In this document: positions 1 through 11,916 of the stretch, piece after piece | Position numbering within the stretch: position 1 is the stretch's first letter | How the letters are laid out: each line of letters begins with the position of its first letter | Notes under the pieces: model-generated | The model's input: only the letters and a program-made list of their open reading frames with translations | The model's database searches: none | Told to the model about the DNA's origin: nothing | Source: Octopus sinensis | Taxonomy: Eukaryota | Direction: 5' to 3' | Assembly (NCBI RefSeq): GCF_006345805.1 | Contig: NC_043000.1 | Coordinates: forward strand, 146,816,001-146,880,000 | Length of the DNA stretch: 64,000 nt | Made by a program: the position numbers and the translations under genes

Positions 1-523
1 TCTTTATATTGTTGTGGACAGTTTCCTAACCTCATCCACTATCAGGAATGTCACCTATAACGCATCGTATCCTCCTCCACCCGGCTAGTGACATACGACT
101 TGGTATTACGGATCGGTCGGAAATACTTTCCTATATACTGCTGCGTGCTTGTTCAATTTCCTTGTTTTCTATTTCTTTTGTTTTACAGATTACAGTTTTC
201 AAATCCGTCTCCTGTCTAAACGATTCTGGCATATTTAATTTCAAGTTTCGAACAGACCTTACAAGGAGACTTCTAACATGTTTAAAATATATTTTGAGAC
301 GTTAGTTTAATTAATTTATCCTGGCGCACTGCGTTTTCGACTCAGGTTACTTAAGATAGTTTAATTGTAGTGTCTTTATTTTAATTTGCATAACTGTCAA
401 TTGTGGCGGTAACGGTGATGGTGCTGTTGGGAGAGTAAATTCAGAACGTGAAGGCGACGGGAAAATATGCCAAGCATATTATCTGATACGCTCACGACTC
501 TGCCAGCTCGGAAATTTAGTATT

Positions 524-735
524 AATAGTGTTAAATGTTGGCACAAGGGCAGAAAGCCCGGGGAAGTGGGTAAGTCGTTTGCATCGACCCCAGTGCTCAA
601 AAGCTACTTATTTTATCGATCCTGCAAGGATAAAAGACGAAGTCGACTTCGGCGGAATTTGAACTCAGAACGTAAAGACGGACGAAATGTTGTTAAGCAT
701 TTTCTCCGATGTGCTACCGATTCTGCCCTCACCGC
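524..735 (-). mobile_element. SINE family B copy (GGCGGCGAGCTGGCAG... head family)
   Basis: Reverse complement of the repeat seen at 5222, 33173 and 59627 (ttctgagttcaaattccgccgaggtcgactttgcctttcatcctt core). Confidence 0.8.
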
Positions 736-754
736 CTATCGTTGCTTTACTAAA

Positions 755-935
755 AAGAAGAAGAAGAAAGAAGAAGAAGAAGAAGAAGAAGAAGGAGAAG
801 AAGAAGAAGAAGAAGAAGGAGAAGAAGAAGAAGAAGAAGAAGAAGAAGGAGGAGGAGGAGGAGGGTAGGAGGAGGATAAGAAATTGAAGAAGAAGAAGAA
901 GAAGAAGAAGAAGAAGAAGAAGAAGAAGACGGTCA
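755..935. repeat. (GAA)n/(GGA)n purine microsatellite
   Basis: Direct reading; explains the poly-E/K/F ORFs. Confidence 0.95.
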
Positions 936-1211
936 AGTAACCTTATATAATCAGCTATATTTTAAAGATTATAGCTGATCGAACATAGTTGAAGTTCAAT
1001 TTTTTTTTTTTCCTTTTCTGTTATTCATGAGATCCAACCACTCAACAATTTTCTAACTGACGACTGTCAACCAAACTAATTTCGGCTATAATATAAAATT
1101 CCCAGTTGTTTGCATTTAAAATGACGTCAGAAATGCACACATGTCGATTCTATTCTTAAAAGCCACTGTCGTATTTGTTTCTTAAAAGCTCGTCATATTT
1201 GTTTCTTTTTT

Positions 1212-1242
<31 letters not shown>

Positions 1243-1243
<1 letters not shown>

Positions 1244-1606
1244 GGAAGCACTCCGTCGGTTACGAGGACGAGGGTTCCGGTTGATCCGAATCAACGGAAC
1301 AGCCTGCTCGTGAAATTAACGTGTAAGTGGATGAGCACTCCACAGACACGTGTACCCTTAACGTAGTTCTCGGGGATATTCAGCGTGACACAGAGAGTGA
1401 CAAGGCCGGCCCTTTGAAATACAGGTACAACAGAAACAGGAAGTAAGAGTGAGAGAAAGTTGTGGCGAAAGAGTACAGCAGGGATCACCACCGTCCCCTG
1501 CCGGAGCGTCGTGGAGCTTTAGGTGTTTCCGCTCAATAAACACTCACAACGCCCGGTCTGGAAATCGAAACCGCGATCCTATGACCACCGGGCCATTGCG
1601 CCTCCA
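1243..1606 (-). mobile_element. tRNA-derived SINE (family E) between (CTA)n tracts
   Basis: Minus-strand head ggaggcgcaatggcccggtggt...ggtttcgatttcc (A/B-box-like); the body is shared with the diverged copy at 29823-30110. Confidence 0.7.
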
Positions 1607-1699
1607 AACTACTACTACTACGACGACGACGACTACGACTACTACTACTACCACCACCACCATTGCTACTGCTGTTTCTACTGCTGCTACTGCTACTAC

Positions 1700-2900
1700 T
1701 ATTCAGACATCACGGGATTACATCATGCACCCTCTACAAAAGTCTGCACATGAGGCAGGAAAATGTGCACATGAGACAGGAAAGCTCATTTGAAGCGTAC
1801 GGCGCATTCTTAAATTTAAGTAGAAAGTTTACAACCTGAGTTATTAAATACAGCTAACGATGACGATCCAGATCAAATAATCAAGTTTTGTAAATGGTTT
1901 CAACACATGGCAGACGAGGACGAAGAGTTTATGAGGACAATTGTGTGTCACGATGAAGCAAAATAGAAATAGGCGCAGGAGTGGCTGTGTGGTAAGTAGC
2001 TTGCTAACCAGCCACATGGTTCCGGGTTCAGTCCCACTGCATGGCATCTTGGGCAAGTGTCTTCTGCTATAGTCCCGGGCCGACCAATGCCTTGTGAGCG
2101 GATTTGGTAGGCGGAAACTGAAAGAAGCCTGTCGTATATATGTATATATATATGTATATGTATGTATGTGTATGTGTTTGTGTGTCTGTGTTTGTACCGC
2201 TAGCATTGCTTGACAACCGATGCTGGTGTGTTTACGTCCCCGTCACTTAGAGGTTCGGCAAAAGAGACCGATAGAATAAGTACTGGGCTTACAAAGAATA
2301 AGTCCCGGGGTCGATTTACTCGACTAAAGGCGGTGCTCCAGCATGGCCACAGTCAAATGACTGAAACATGTAAAAGAGTAAAAGAGTAAAGAGAGAGAGT
2401 GAACCGACATAATTGTGTTTACTGGACGCTAGAAAATCCTTGCTTATATGTAGAAGAAGCAGTCGATTTACCGTCATATATATCAGATATACAATGTCCT
2501 CAAGAGGTTTCAGGGACTCATTCTTCATTGTAGGTATTGCTACTGGTTAAGCGTACTTAGACATGCTAAGCATGTCATTTTATCTGACATACATGCATTT
2601 TATGGAAATGATGAATTTTACTTTGAACAAGACGGCGCACCACCAAACTACTGTCAAATTGTGCATACGTATCTAGGTGACAATCTGCAGAGACACTGAA
2701 TAGGACGAACAGCTGCAGTTGAATTCCCCGCCCCTTCTCCTGATTTAATAGCTGCAAACTATTATTTATGGGGTATAATAAAGGATGTCGTATATTGCAA
2801 AAACCGGCTACACTGTCAGCCATTCTGGAAGAAATTAAAACGTGCAACCATCCCACTTTATACTTTGAAAAACGTTTCCCAAACAGCAGTTAGCTGTACA
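1700..2900 (+). mobile_element. Degraded Tc1/mariner-superfamily transposase relic interrupted by a SINE
   Basis: Manual translation gives DDDPDQIIKFCKWF...IVCHDEAK before the SINE and FEQDGAPP...IGR...FPAPSPDL...LWGIIKDVVY after it, with stops and frameshifts. Confidence 0.75.
1971..2398 (+). mobile_element. tRNA-derived SINE family A, full length
   Basis: Head ggcgcaggagtggctgtgtggtaag...ggttcagtcccactg, a CORE-like cttgggcaagtgtctt motif, an internal TA/TG tract and an (AAAGAGT)n tail; near-identical to 30533 and to the reverse copies at 9645 and 53541. Confidence 0.9.
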
Positions 2901-3253
2901 AATAAGTGCCTAGAAGCTAATAGTCACCACTTTGAGTACCTCTTAGGGGTACTTCTTTTCTAGTGGATTTTGAAACTTAAAATTTAATATAACACCACGC
3001 AGCCATCTTATCAACTATCTGGCAGAATAGTCTGTGCGACTGTCTCTTTCTTTCTTTTCCTTTCTCTTTTCTCTTCTTCTCTCTCGTTCCTTCTCTCACT
3101 AGCTTACCTTTTTGCTACTTTCTGTCTCTCTACCTGCCACCAGATTTTTTTCTCTTCCCTCCTACTATTTATATATATATAACGGGAAAGTTTACGAAAA
3201 TAAACAAAAGACGAAGCAGGTGGAGTATAAACAAACAAAGAAATAGAAAAAGC

Positions 3254-3289
3254 CTTTTACATTTCGAGCCTACGCTCTTCGACAGAAAG
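3254..3289 (-). ncRNA. Hammerhead-like motif, CUGUCGA core variant
   Basis: Minus strand reads CUUU CUGUCGA A GAGC-guag-GCUC GAAAU GU A AAAG; helix I CUUU/AAAG. Confidence 0.45.
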
Positions 3290-4224
3290 ATACACAGAAA
3301 AAAATATATATATATGTTTTCTTTTTTGATTTACTTGAAATTTCCTCTTCCAATTTCTCATTCTTCCTTTTGCACACCTGATCCACTTTACCATCTACAT
3401 TTTTAACTATTTTTATATTAGTTTTCCTATCGACTTTTATGTCTATGTACATGTGTGTATTTCGATGTGTATGTGCGTGTGGGCTTGAGAACCTATACAG
3501 ACGTTTGTACTTGCTTACAATCGACGGTGTGTGTTCGAGCGTTTGCGTGGTTGCATACGGATTTAATTTCTCTCTTTCTAACACATTCTATTCACTAGCG
3601 ACTGTTTTTTTCTTTTCTAGCAAGAATCTGTTCCTCGTTGTTCCGCTTGCATCCACCTTTCTTTTCTAGGTTTACCTGTGCCGAGCAGGTGTCACACATG
3701 AAAATTGCCGAACCCTCGAACCTGTTGCACTTGCATTTAACCCCAAAAGTATAACGTTAACTCGGTTCTAACTAAATTATTTCGTTTCTTTTAACATTTT
3801 TTGTTATCAATTAATATGCTTATCTGAGGTGTAAAAATCCCGAACTATATGTTTCTTTATTTGCGCGGCATTATTAAATTTAAAATACTCCTGATGTAGT
3901 ATATTTTCTGAACTAAGAATCGATGATTTTAAAACAATTTACATTATCGTTTCTTCTCTGATCCTTATAGAATGATCAATTTTAATATAGTCATCATCTG
4001 TGCAGGCATGGTTGGGTGGTCAAGAAGCCTGCTTTGCATTCATATGGTTTGGGGTTCTGTCTCACTGCGCAACCAGTGTAGTAGATGACAAAGAAAACTG
4101 AGTCCTCAATTTGCAAACCGTTTACCAAAAGCTTTGCAAGGCACCAGTAGGCCTCAAGAGACATATCCGTGTCCATAGAACTTGATTATTCCTTTAATTT
4201 GCTATACCCTCATCTGTCTGTCTG

Positions 4225-4282
<58 letters not shown>

Positions 4283-4359
4283 TAAGGGTAGAAATTGATA
4301 TTTATCAATTAAGACCAGTGGTCTAGCATATTAAAAAAGAATCCGAAGATTAAAATATT

Positions 4360-4578
4360 TATATATACCAATTAAGGACTGAACACGAAAAGTGGACAGT
4401 CAACATGCTAGATATAGACGTCAAATCGCCATTCACCACAAAAGATTATGTTCTCAGATCAAACTCAAGTTGAGTTTGATCTGAGAACATAATCTTTTGT
4501 GGTGAATGGCGATTTGACGTCTATATCTAGCATGTTGACTGTCCACTTTTCGTGTTCAGTCCTTAATTGGTATATATA
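4360..4578. repeat. Perfect palindrome with 109-bp arms and a 1-nt centre (g4469)
   Basis: 4360-4468 is the exact reverse complement of 4470-4578 by manual comparison. Confidence 0.95.
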
Positions 4579-4904
4579 TATATATATATATATAGATAGA
4601 TACATACATACATACATACATACATACATAATACATACATACATACATGCTGACATACATACATACATACATAATACATACATACATACATATCCATACA
4701 TACACACACACCACACACACACACACAACACACACACACATATATATATATATATATTATATATATATACAAAAGTTCTATAATTATGAGCATAATTATA
4801 ATTAGGGTTCAGCAAAAGTTTGCTTCACCACATACCGAAATTTAGAAATAGCAGTTAAAATACTATTCTACTACCATAAGATATCTCCCTGCCAGGGAGA
4901 TAAC

Positions 4905-5198
4905 TTTTGCCGAACCGCTAAGTTACGGGGAAAAAAACACGCCAACATCGCTAGCCAAGCGATGGTGGCGCACAAACAGAGACACAAACACACAAATATA
5001 CAAACACATGCACACACACACATATATATATGTATATGACAGGGTTCTTTCAGTTTCCATCTACCAAATCCACTCACAAGGCTTTGGTCATCCCGAGGCT
5101 ATAGTATAGTACAAGACACCTGCCCAAGGTGCCACGCAGTTGAATTGAAAATGGAACCATGTGGTTGGAAAGCAGTGTTCTTACCACATAGCCATGCC
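4905..5198 (-). mobile_element. SINE family A, diverged and truncated copy
   Basis: Reverse complement of the family A head and body. Confidence 0.8.
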
Positions 5199-5221
5199 TA
5201 TATATATATATATATATATTT

Positions 5222-5435
5222 AAGGCGGCGAGCTGCTGGCACAACCGTTGGCACGCCGGGCGTATTCGTCTGTCGTTACGTTCTGAGTTCAAATTCCGCC
5301 GAGGTCGACTTTGCCTTTCATCCTTTCGGGGTCGATAAATTAAGTACAAGTTACGCACTGGGTCGATATAATCGACTTAATCCGTGTGTCTGTCCTTGTT
5401 TGTCCCCTCTATGTTTAGCCCCTTGTGGGTAATAA
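5222..5435 (+). mobile_element. SINE family B copy
   Basis: aaggcggcgagctg...gtttagccccttgtgggtaataaa matches the other copies. Confidence 0.9.
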
Positions 5436-7920
5436 AAGTGTGCTTTAGTGATGCACAAGGTTCTACAGATATCTCCTTTAGCACCCAGCTACGCATTGAA
5501 CCCACGAGAATGGTTTGGACTCTATGCCATGGAAAAGGCAACTAACCAAGGAAGAGGGCTTTGAGTGTGTGGTGTTGTGTCTGTGTGATGTGGAGTATAT
5601 GATGTGTTTGGGTGGTGTAGTGCGTGGATGGTTGTTAGTTTTGAAGTCATCTTACATATGTTTGTGTGGGCTGTGATGTACTTCATTAGTTTTGAGTCTT
5701 TGGTGTCTATCGCTGATAGCATTGTGTGTGTTTTTCTGGTGTTGGTGCTGGTTTGGTTGTGTGAGGAGCATTCAGGGTTCAGATATCTCCCTGCTTTTGT
5801 TGCATTTTCTTGTTTTGTTTTTTTTTATCTTTTTCTTTTACCCCCGGTAGCTATCTGCCACTGTGTCGAACTTTCGTCGTTAGACGAAAAATCTGAAGAA
5901 TCGGAAGGGGGTAAAGGCAAAGCGTTTGGATCTATATGTGTGTTTGTAGGTGTTGTTGTTTTGTGTAGTGTTTGTGTTGTTGGGGTATTAGGGGCAGAAT
6001 TTGTCTTTTCGTCATTGTTATTTGTTTTCTTGGTTGTTGTTCTTGGAGCTGGTGTTGGTGTTGGTGTTGGTGTTGGTCTGCCTTTTGATGTTGGTGGTGA
6101 TGTTGTTTCTCTTGTTGGTTGCGATGTCGAAGGTAATTCTCTTCTTGGTAATGTGGTTGGTGAGGGGGAAACAGTTTTTGTAACGTCCGCTGTTTTTCCT
6201 GCCTTTTGGGTTGAAGGTGGTGTGGGTAGCAGGGGTTTTCTTCCAGGTTTTGGTTTTTGCTGTTGCTGTTGCCTATTTCTGACAGCAGTTGGGCACTCAT
6301 ATTTAAGGTGTGCCTCACTGTTGCACAAATAGCATCTTGGCCTCCTGCCCTCCACCACTACATACAATTTTTGATCTTTTGCCAGTTGAACACTGGTTGG
6401 TAAATTGTTTATTGCTTCTTGGGAGATTTGAAGCAATATTTTGAGTTTTTTACCAGTCCAGCTTTCCTCTGGAATGTTAGCTATTTCTAAAATATCTGCT
6501 TCTTCTATATCGAAGCAGATGGCTGATACCAGCCTCTGGGTATTCACAACTGGAGACATATTGTTTATTGTAACTTTCGTTACTCTGCGCCCAAGGTAGC
6601 TAGGTACCATTGTTACCTGGTCTGTGCGCAGAGTAAGCGTTGAAAACGTTTTTGCTAGTGTGGGATGACGTCAGCAGCTGGACGTCAGCAGCCGGGTGCG
6701 TTGACCGGAAGCTGGGGCAAGCGGAAGGGGTCAGCCGTCAGGCGTGCGCAGGGAGCGGAAATTGCGCCCTTTCCAACGTGGGTCGTGCAGGGGACAAGAC
6801 GTGTGAGGACGTCGCTAAGGGTTTGGGCTAGCAGCTGCTATCGTTAGTGTTCGGGTCGGGGCTGTGAGGAAGGACTAGTCATCACTGGAAGGTCTCCGTC
6901 ACTAAGAAGAGAAGGTAGGTGCCTCTATATTCAAATCGCGCACACACTACAGCTAGTTCTTCCGTATGGAAGCGAACTTGCACGGTAGCAAATTTATTTC
7001 CCCAATTCACATAATTTCGGAATTTCCACACGGAAGAGAGTCACTTTTCTTTTTTTTCTGTAGGTGGGCTTTCTGGTCTTTTTGTTTTGGTGTTGAGTAT
7101 TCTGTAAATGATGGTCTTCTTTTGTGTTTCTTCTATGATGTTCCGTGGAATATTTAAATGCATTGTGTCGCCTTCTTTGGTGAGCATGGACTTTGTGTTT
7201 TGTATTTGTTGGTGAGTAAATTTTAGGATTCTTCTTTTCGGTCGTATGGCTTCCGCGAAATTGTTTTTTTGTGGAGGTGGTGGTGGTGGTCATGGTGGTG
7301 GTGGTGATGTTTCTGGCAGAGTCGTTCGTAGTAGTAGTAGATAACTGTGAAGTTGGGTTGTTTACCAGTTTTTGAGTGGAGGTCGCGATGTTAGCGTTCA
7401 TGTTTGCATTTGCGCTTGTGTTGTTTCCCCCCATTTCCCCTCCTTTATGAAATTGTGGTGAAAGCAGTATAGGGAAATCAACGCCGTAAGCGTTGTCAAG
7501 GAGGGTGTCGGTGTTGATGGTGGAATCATTGGTTGCGGTGACGGGGATTGGCCTTGCAACGTTGGTTTTGCTGGTGGTGGTGGTAGTGGTATCGTTTCAG
7601 AGGAAGCAGTTGTAGTAGCAGAAGCTGCTATGTTATTGGTGTCGGTGTTGATGGTGGAATCATTGGTGGCGGTGATGGTAGACGGCTTGGTTTTGTAGTT
7701 GTTGCTGTTGTTGTTGCTGATGGTGGTGGTGGTGGTGGTGGTGGTGATGGTGGTGGTGTTAGTGGCGTTCGAACTGTCAGGTTTAGCATTTGGTTGCAAG
7801 GAATCAATCTTGCTCTTTTGTTTGGCCGTCACGCTTGACTTGCGCTTTGGCCTCGTGGTTTCTAGTAGCCATTTTTGAAAATAAAAATGGCTAAAATAAA
7901 ACCACGAAGCCCTTGAGAAT
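5436..7920 (-). mobile_element. Non-LTR retrotransposon-like segment carrying only a frameshifted gag-like ORF1 region
   Basis: Strongly A+C-biased minus strand, low-complexity Thr/Pro/Asn ORFs upstream of the CCHC ORF, and no recognisable endonuclease or RT downstream. Confidence 0.55.
5825..6610 (-). CDS. gag-like ORF1 protein fragment with a CX2CX4HX4C zinc knuckle
   Basis: VVVEGRRPRCYLCNSEAHLKYEC motif followed by a Pro/Thr/Lys-rich tail, typical of non-LTR retroelement ORF1. The true start is probably lost to frameshifts upstream. Confidence 0.7.
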   Translation of the reverse strand: MVPSYLGRRVTKVTINNMSPVVNTQRLVSAICFDIEEADILEIANIPEESWTGKKLKILLQISQEAINNLPTSVQLAKDQKLYVVVEGRRPRCYLCNSEAHLKYECPTAVRNRQQQQQKPKPGRKPLLPTPPSTQKAGKTADVTKTVSPSPTTLPRRELPSTSQPTRETTSPPTSKGRPTPTPTPTPAPRTTTKKTNNNDEKTNSAPNTPTTQTLHKTTTPTNTHIDPNALPLPPSDSSDFSSNDESSTQWQIATGGKRKR

Positions 7921-8054
7921 TTCTTTAAAATTTTGCCCAAAAAGGGCGAAATTTTGTGTCAATGTTAATGAAAGTATGTGTTGGGTGTTGTTGTACGCCT
8001 TTAAACGTAGAAAACTACCAACTTACTTGGAGCCCATTTGACTTGCGTCTGTCC

Positions 8055-8112
<58 letters not shown>

Positions 8113-8129
8113 CAGACAGGAAGACAGGC

Positions 8130-8160
<31 letters not shown>

Positions 8161-8166
<6 letters not shown>

Positions 8167-8285
8167 TATCTATCAGTTCTAATTTTTGCTCCTATAATTT
8201 CCTATAAATGAATATAGACACTCGATTATTTGTATGCAGACATACATAAATGTGTGTGTGTGTGTAAGTGTGTGTGTGTGTATGG

Positions 8286-8320
<35 letters not shown>

Positions 8321-8471
8321 CAGGCAGACAGACAGACAGACAGACAGACAGACATATCTATCAGTTCTAATTTTTGCTACTATAATTTCCTATAGATGAA
8401 TATAGACACTCGATTATTTGTATACAGACATACATAAATATGTGTGTGTGTGAGTGTGTGTGTGTGTATGG

Positions 8472-8565
<94 letters not shown>
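8161..8565. repeat. Two ~188-bp tandem units bounded by GATA/GACA microsatellites
   Basis: cagacatatctatcagttctaattttt occurs at 8161 and 8349. Confidence 0.9.
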
Positions 8566-8567
<2 letters not shown>

Positions 8568-9130
8568 GTTCACGCCTACGTATATAAACGAACGTGATTT
8601 TACATTTCAAGCGCTATTATATCCCAATCGATTTTGTAGCTTAACTTCGGTTATGCGACAAACGTTTTGAATGAAAAACAAAACAAGAAACTAAAGAAGA
8701 AATAAAGCATTTATTTAACACAACGTAAAACAATAACAAGCAAACAGTCCATCTATGAAGGACGATAGCTATCGCTTGTTACTAACAAATTTACTTGTCG
8801 ATGACGGCGCAGGCATGATAAACTATTTTCTAGGTTATCTACAGCTTCAGTTGATTACATAAATCTAATGAACTCCTTACAAGGTTATCTTCCTAAGATT
8901 AAATGATTTATTTTGAGAGAAAAATTACCTCTTTTTCTCTGATTATTTGGACGGTATGTTTTTTGTAGTTTTACCTCCGTCTAAGAACCATTTATTATTT
9001 GCTTATATTATATGCCAATATTCATAACTGTTTTCTTAAATACTGAACGGTTATGAATTTTGGTGATGACATTTGAGGGATTACCTACATCACGTATACA
9101 TACATTTATTCTGTACCAAAATTTGAAACC

Positions 9131-9169
<39 letters not shown>

Positions 9170-9612
9170 GAGTGAGAGAGCAGTTCATGCCATCAAAGTG
9201 ACACTAGGGTAAAATATACGAAGCCCAATTTACCCATCATGACTACCCGTCTGATAAGGGTACACCAGGCACATGCATCACAACCATATGTGCGCGACAT
9301 GGTGATCTCATATCAAGAAAAATAGCACATGACCTTGCAGGTGGGGCCCAGTTAGAATTTTCTTCAGGTTGAGTAGCCCATCCCGCTCAAACGGTCCCTG
9401 AATAAGGATCGTTTAAGGATGTTGAAAAAACCACCCATGTTTCCAGAGGAGAATTATTCAAACCCCAAAGAATCCCTCTCAACACATGGTTATGATGCTC
9501 CCCCACTACTTCTGCTCGTGATCAGAGATGCACATATCGTCAGCCACTAAGGGACATGCTCAACTGGTTAAAGTCAAACAACTGACAAGCAAATCTGTGG
9601 TATTGAGCAGAA
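9170..9612. mobile_element. ~440-bp non-coding interspersed element (family C) with TTA repeats at both ends
   Basis: Closely similar to 11358-11800; no ORF and no tRNA head recognised. Confidence 0.8.
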
Positions 9613-9644
9613 TATATACTTTTATTATTATTATTACACTCTTT

Positions 9645-10063
9645 CTTTTTTACTCTTTTTTACTCTTTTTACTTGTTTCAGTCATTTGACTGCGGCCATG
9701 CTAGAGCACCGCCTTTAGTCGAGCAAATCGACCCCGGGACTTATTCTTTGTAAGCCCAGTACTTATTTTATCGGTCTCTTTTGCCGAACCGCTAAGTGAC
9801 AGGGACGTAAACACACCAGCATCGGTTGTCAAGCAATGCTAGGGGAACAAACACAGACACACAAACATATTCACACACACTTATATATATATACATATAT
9901 ACGACAGGCTGCTTTCAGTTTCCGTCTACCAAATCCACTCACAAGGCATTGGTCGGCCCGGGGCTATAGCAGAAGACACTTGCCCAAGATGCCACGCAGT
10001 GGGACTGAACCGGGAACCATGTGGTTGGTTAGCAAGCTACTTACCAAACAGCCACTCCTGCGC
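9645..10063 (-). mobile_element. SINE family A, full length
   Basis: Reverse complement of 1971-2398. Confidence 0.9.
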
Positions 10064-10065
10064 AT

Positions 10066-10395
<330 letters not shown>

Positions 10396-10412
10396 GTAAA
10401 GGCGGCGAGCTG

Positions 10413-11132
10413 TAAGTTTCTTTACTTTCAATGGTTTCAATGCGTAAACCTCTGCTTTTAGCAACATATCTTAAAAGTTTTCTTCTAGTGGCTAGACACA
10501 AATCTGATGATCTGCATTCACTAGCCACACAATCTTCCATACTTATAAGTCCTCCTCTGCCTAAGTTTCTAATGTAGGGATACATTTTACCACCATTTTC
10601 CATTAACTTTGTAACTCAACGTCTAGGTCCTTGTAATTTGTGATTTTCTCTATACCTCTCATATTGATGTTTTCATACGAGACAAAGTCAATGACCTGGT
10701 ACATTCTATTTTCTTTATCTATTAAAACCAGGCCTTCAAGCTTCTTTTACTAGGTTTATGTGCATACCACTTACCAGTATGTTCAAATCCTAGCTTTCTA
10801 CATAGCTCCCTGTTGAATATCCTCCCTCGATTGTCATGTCTTTTCTTCTGTTCTTTCTATACCAGCATGTTACATTCACTTGCTATATGAGTAACAATTT
10901 CTTCCTTTGATCTACATAACCTACCTTGGCTTTTATCCACTTTGTTCTCAATGCTTGATCTTGTGCTGCTACTAACCAATTTTGGGTCTTCCTTTTCAGC
11001 AAACCTTTCTGCAACCATAACCATATCATACTATTGCTATTTCCTGCAACTATCTTTGGGAATCAACCATGCTAAACCTTCCCTTGCTAGTCGGATAATC
11101 TTTCCTCTTTTTTTCTGGTTTTTAACTTCATG
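10413..11132 (-). mobile_element. Rearranged Dong/R4 non-LTR retrotransposon fragment
   Basis: Manual translation gives WLWLQKGLLKRKTQNWLVAAQDQALRTKWIKAK, THIASEC...RHD, KWYAHKP and RGGLISMEDCV, homologous to the 37458 ORF family. Confidence 0.75.
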
Positions 11133-11357
11133 TGGCAAAATTGTTAGCACACTGGGCAAAATGCTTAGCGACAGTTCGTCCGTCATTATGTTCAGAGTTC
11201 AAATTCCTCCGATGTCGATTTAACCTCTCATCTTTTCGGGATCGATAAAATATGTACTAGTTAAATAGTGAGATCGATGTAATCGATTTACCGCCTACCC
11301 AACCCCGATATTGCTGGCCTTGAGCACAAATTTTTAATCGTATTATTATTATAATTG

Positions 11358-11800
11358 AATGAGAGAGCGGTGCATGCCATCAAAGTGACACTAGGGTAAA
11401 ATATACGAAGCCCAGTATACCCATGATGACTACCCGTCTGATAAGGTTACACCAGACACCTGCACCACAACCATATGTGTGCGACATAGTGATCTCATAT
11501 CAAGATAAACAGTGCATGACCTTGCAGGTGGGGCCCAGTTAGACTTTTCTTCTGGTCGAGTAGCCCATCCCTTTCAAAAGGTCCCTGAATAAGGATTGTT
11601 TGAGGATGTTGAACGAACCACACATGTTTCCAAAGGTGAATTATCCAAACCTCCAAGAATTCCTTTCAACACCCGATTATGATGCTCCCCCACTACTTCT
11701 GCTCGTGATCAGAGATGCACATATCGTCTGCCACTAAAGGACATGCTCAACTGGTTATGGTCAAACAACTGACAAGTAAATCTGTGGTATTGAGCAGAAT
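11358..11800. mobile_element. Family C element, second copy, flanked by TTA/GTT repeats
   Basis: Matches 9170-9612 along its length. Confidence 0.8.
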
Positions 11801-11826
11801 TATTATTATTATTATTATTATTAATT

Positions 11827-11916
<90 letters not shown>

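Noticed and set aside
13-46. Minus-strand GUG-GAUGA-GGUUAG-GAAAC-UGUC-CAC hammerhead-like string
   Set aside because: Lacks C3-U4 and has no helix II.
5604-6332. 242-aa hydrophobic plus-strand ORF suggesting a membrane protein
   Set aside because: Antisense shadow of the A+C-rich gag-like ORF.
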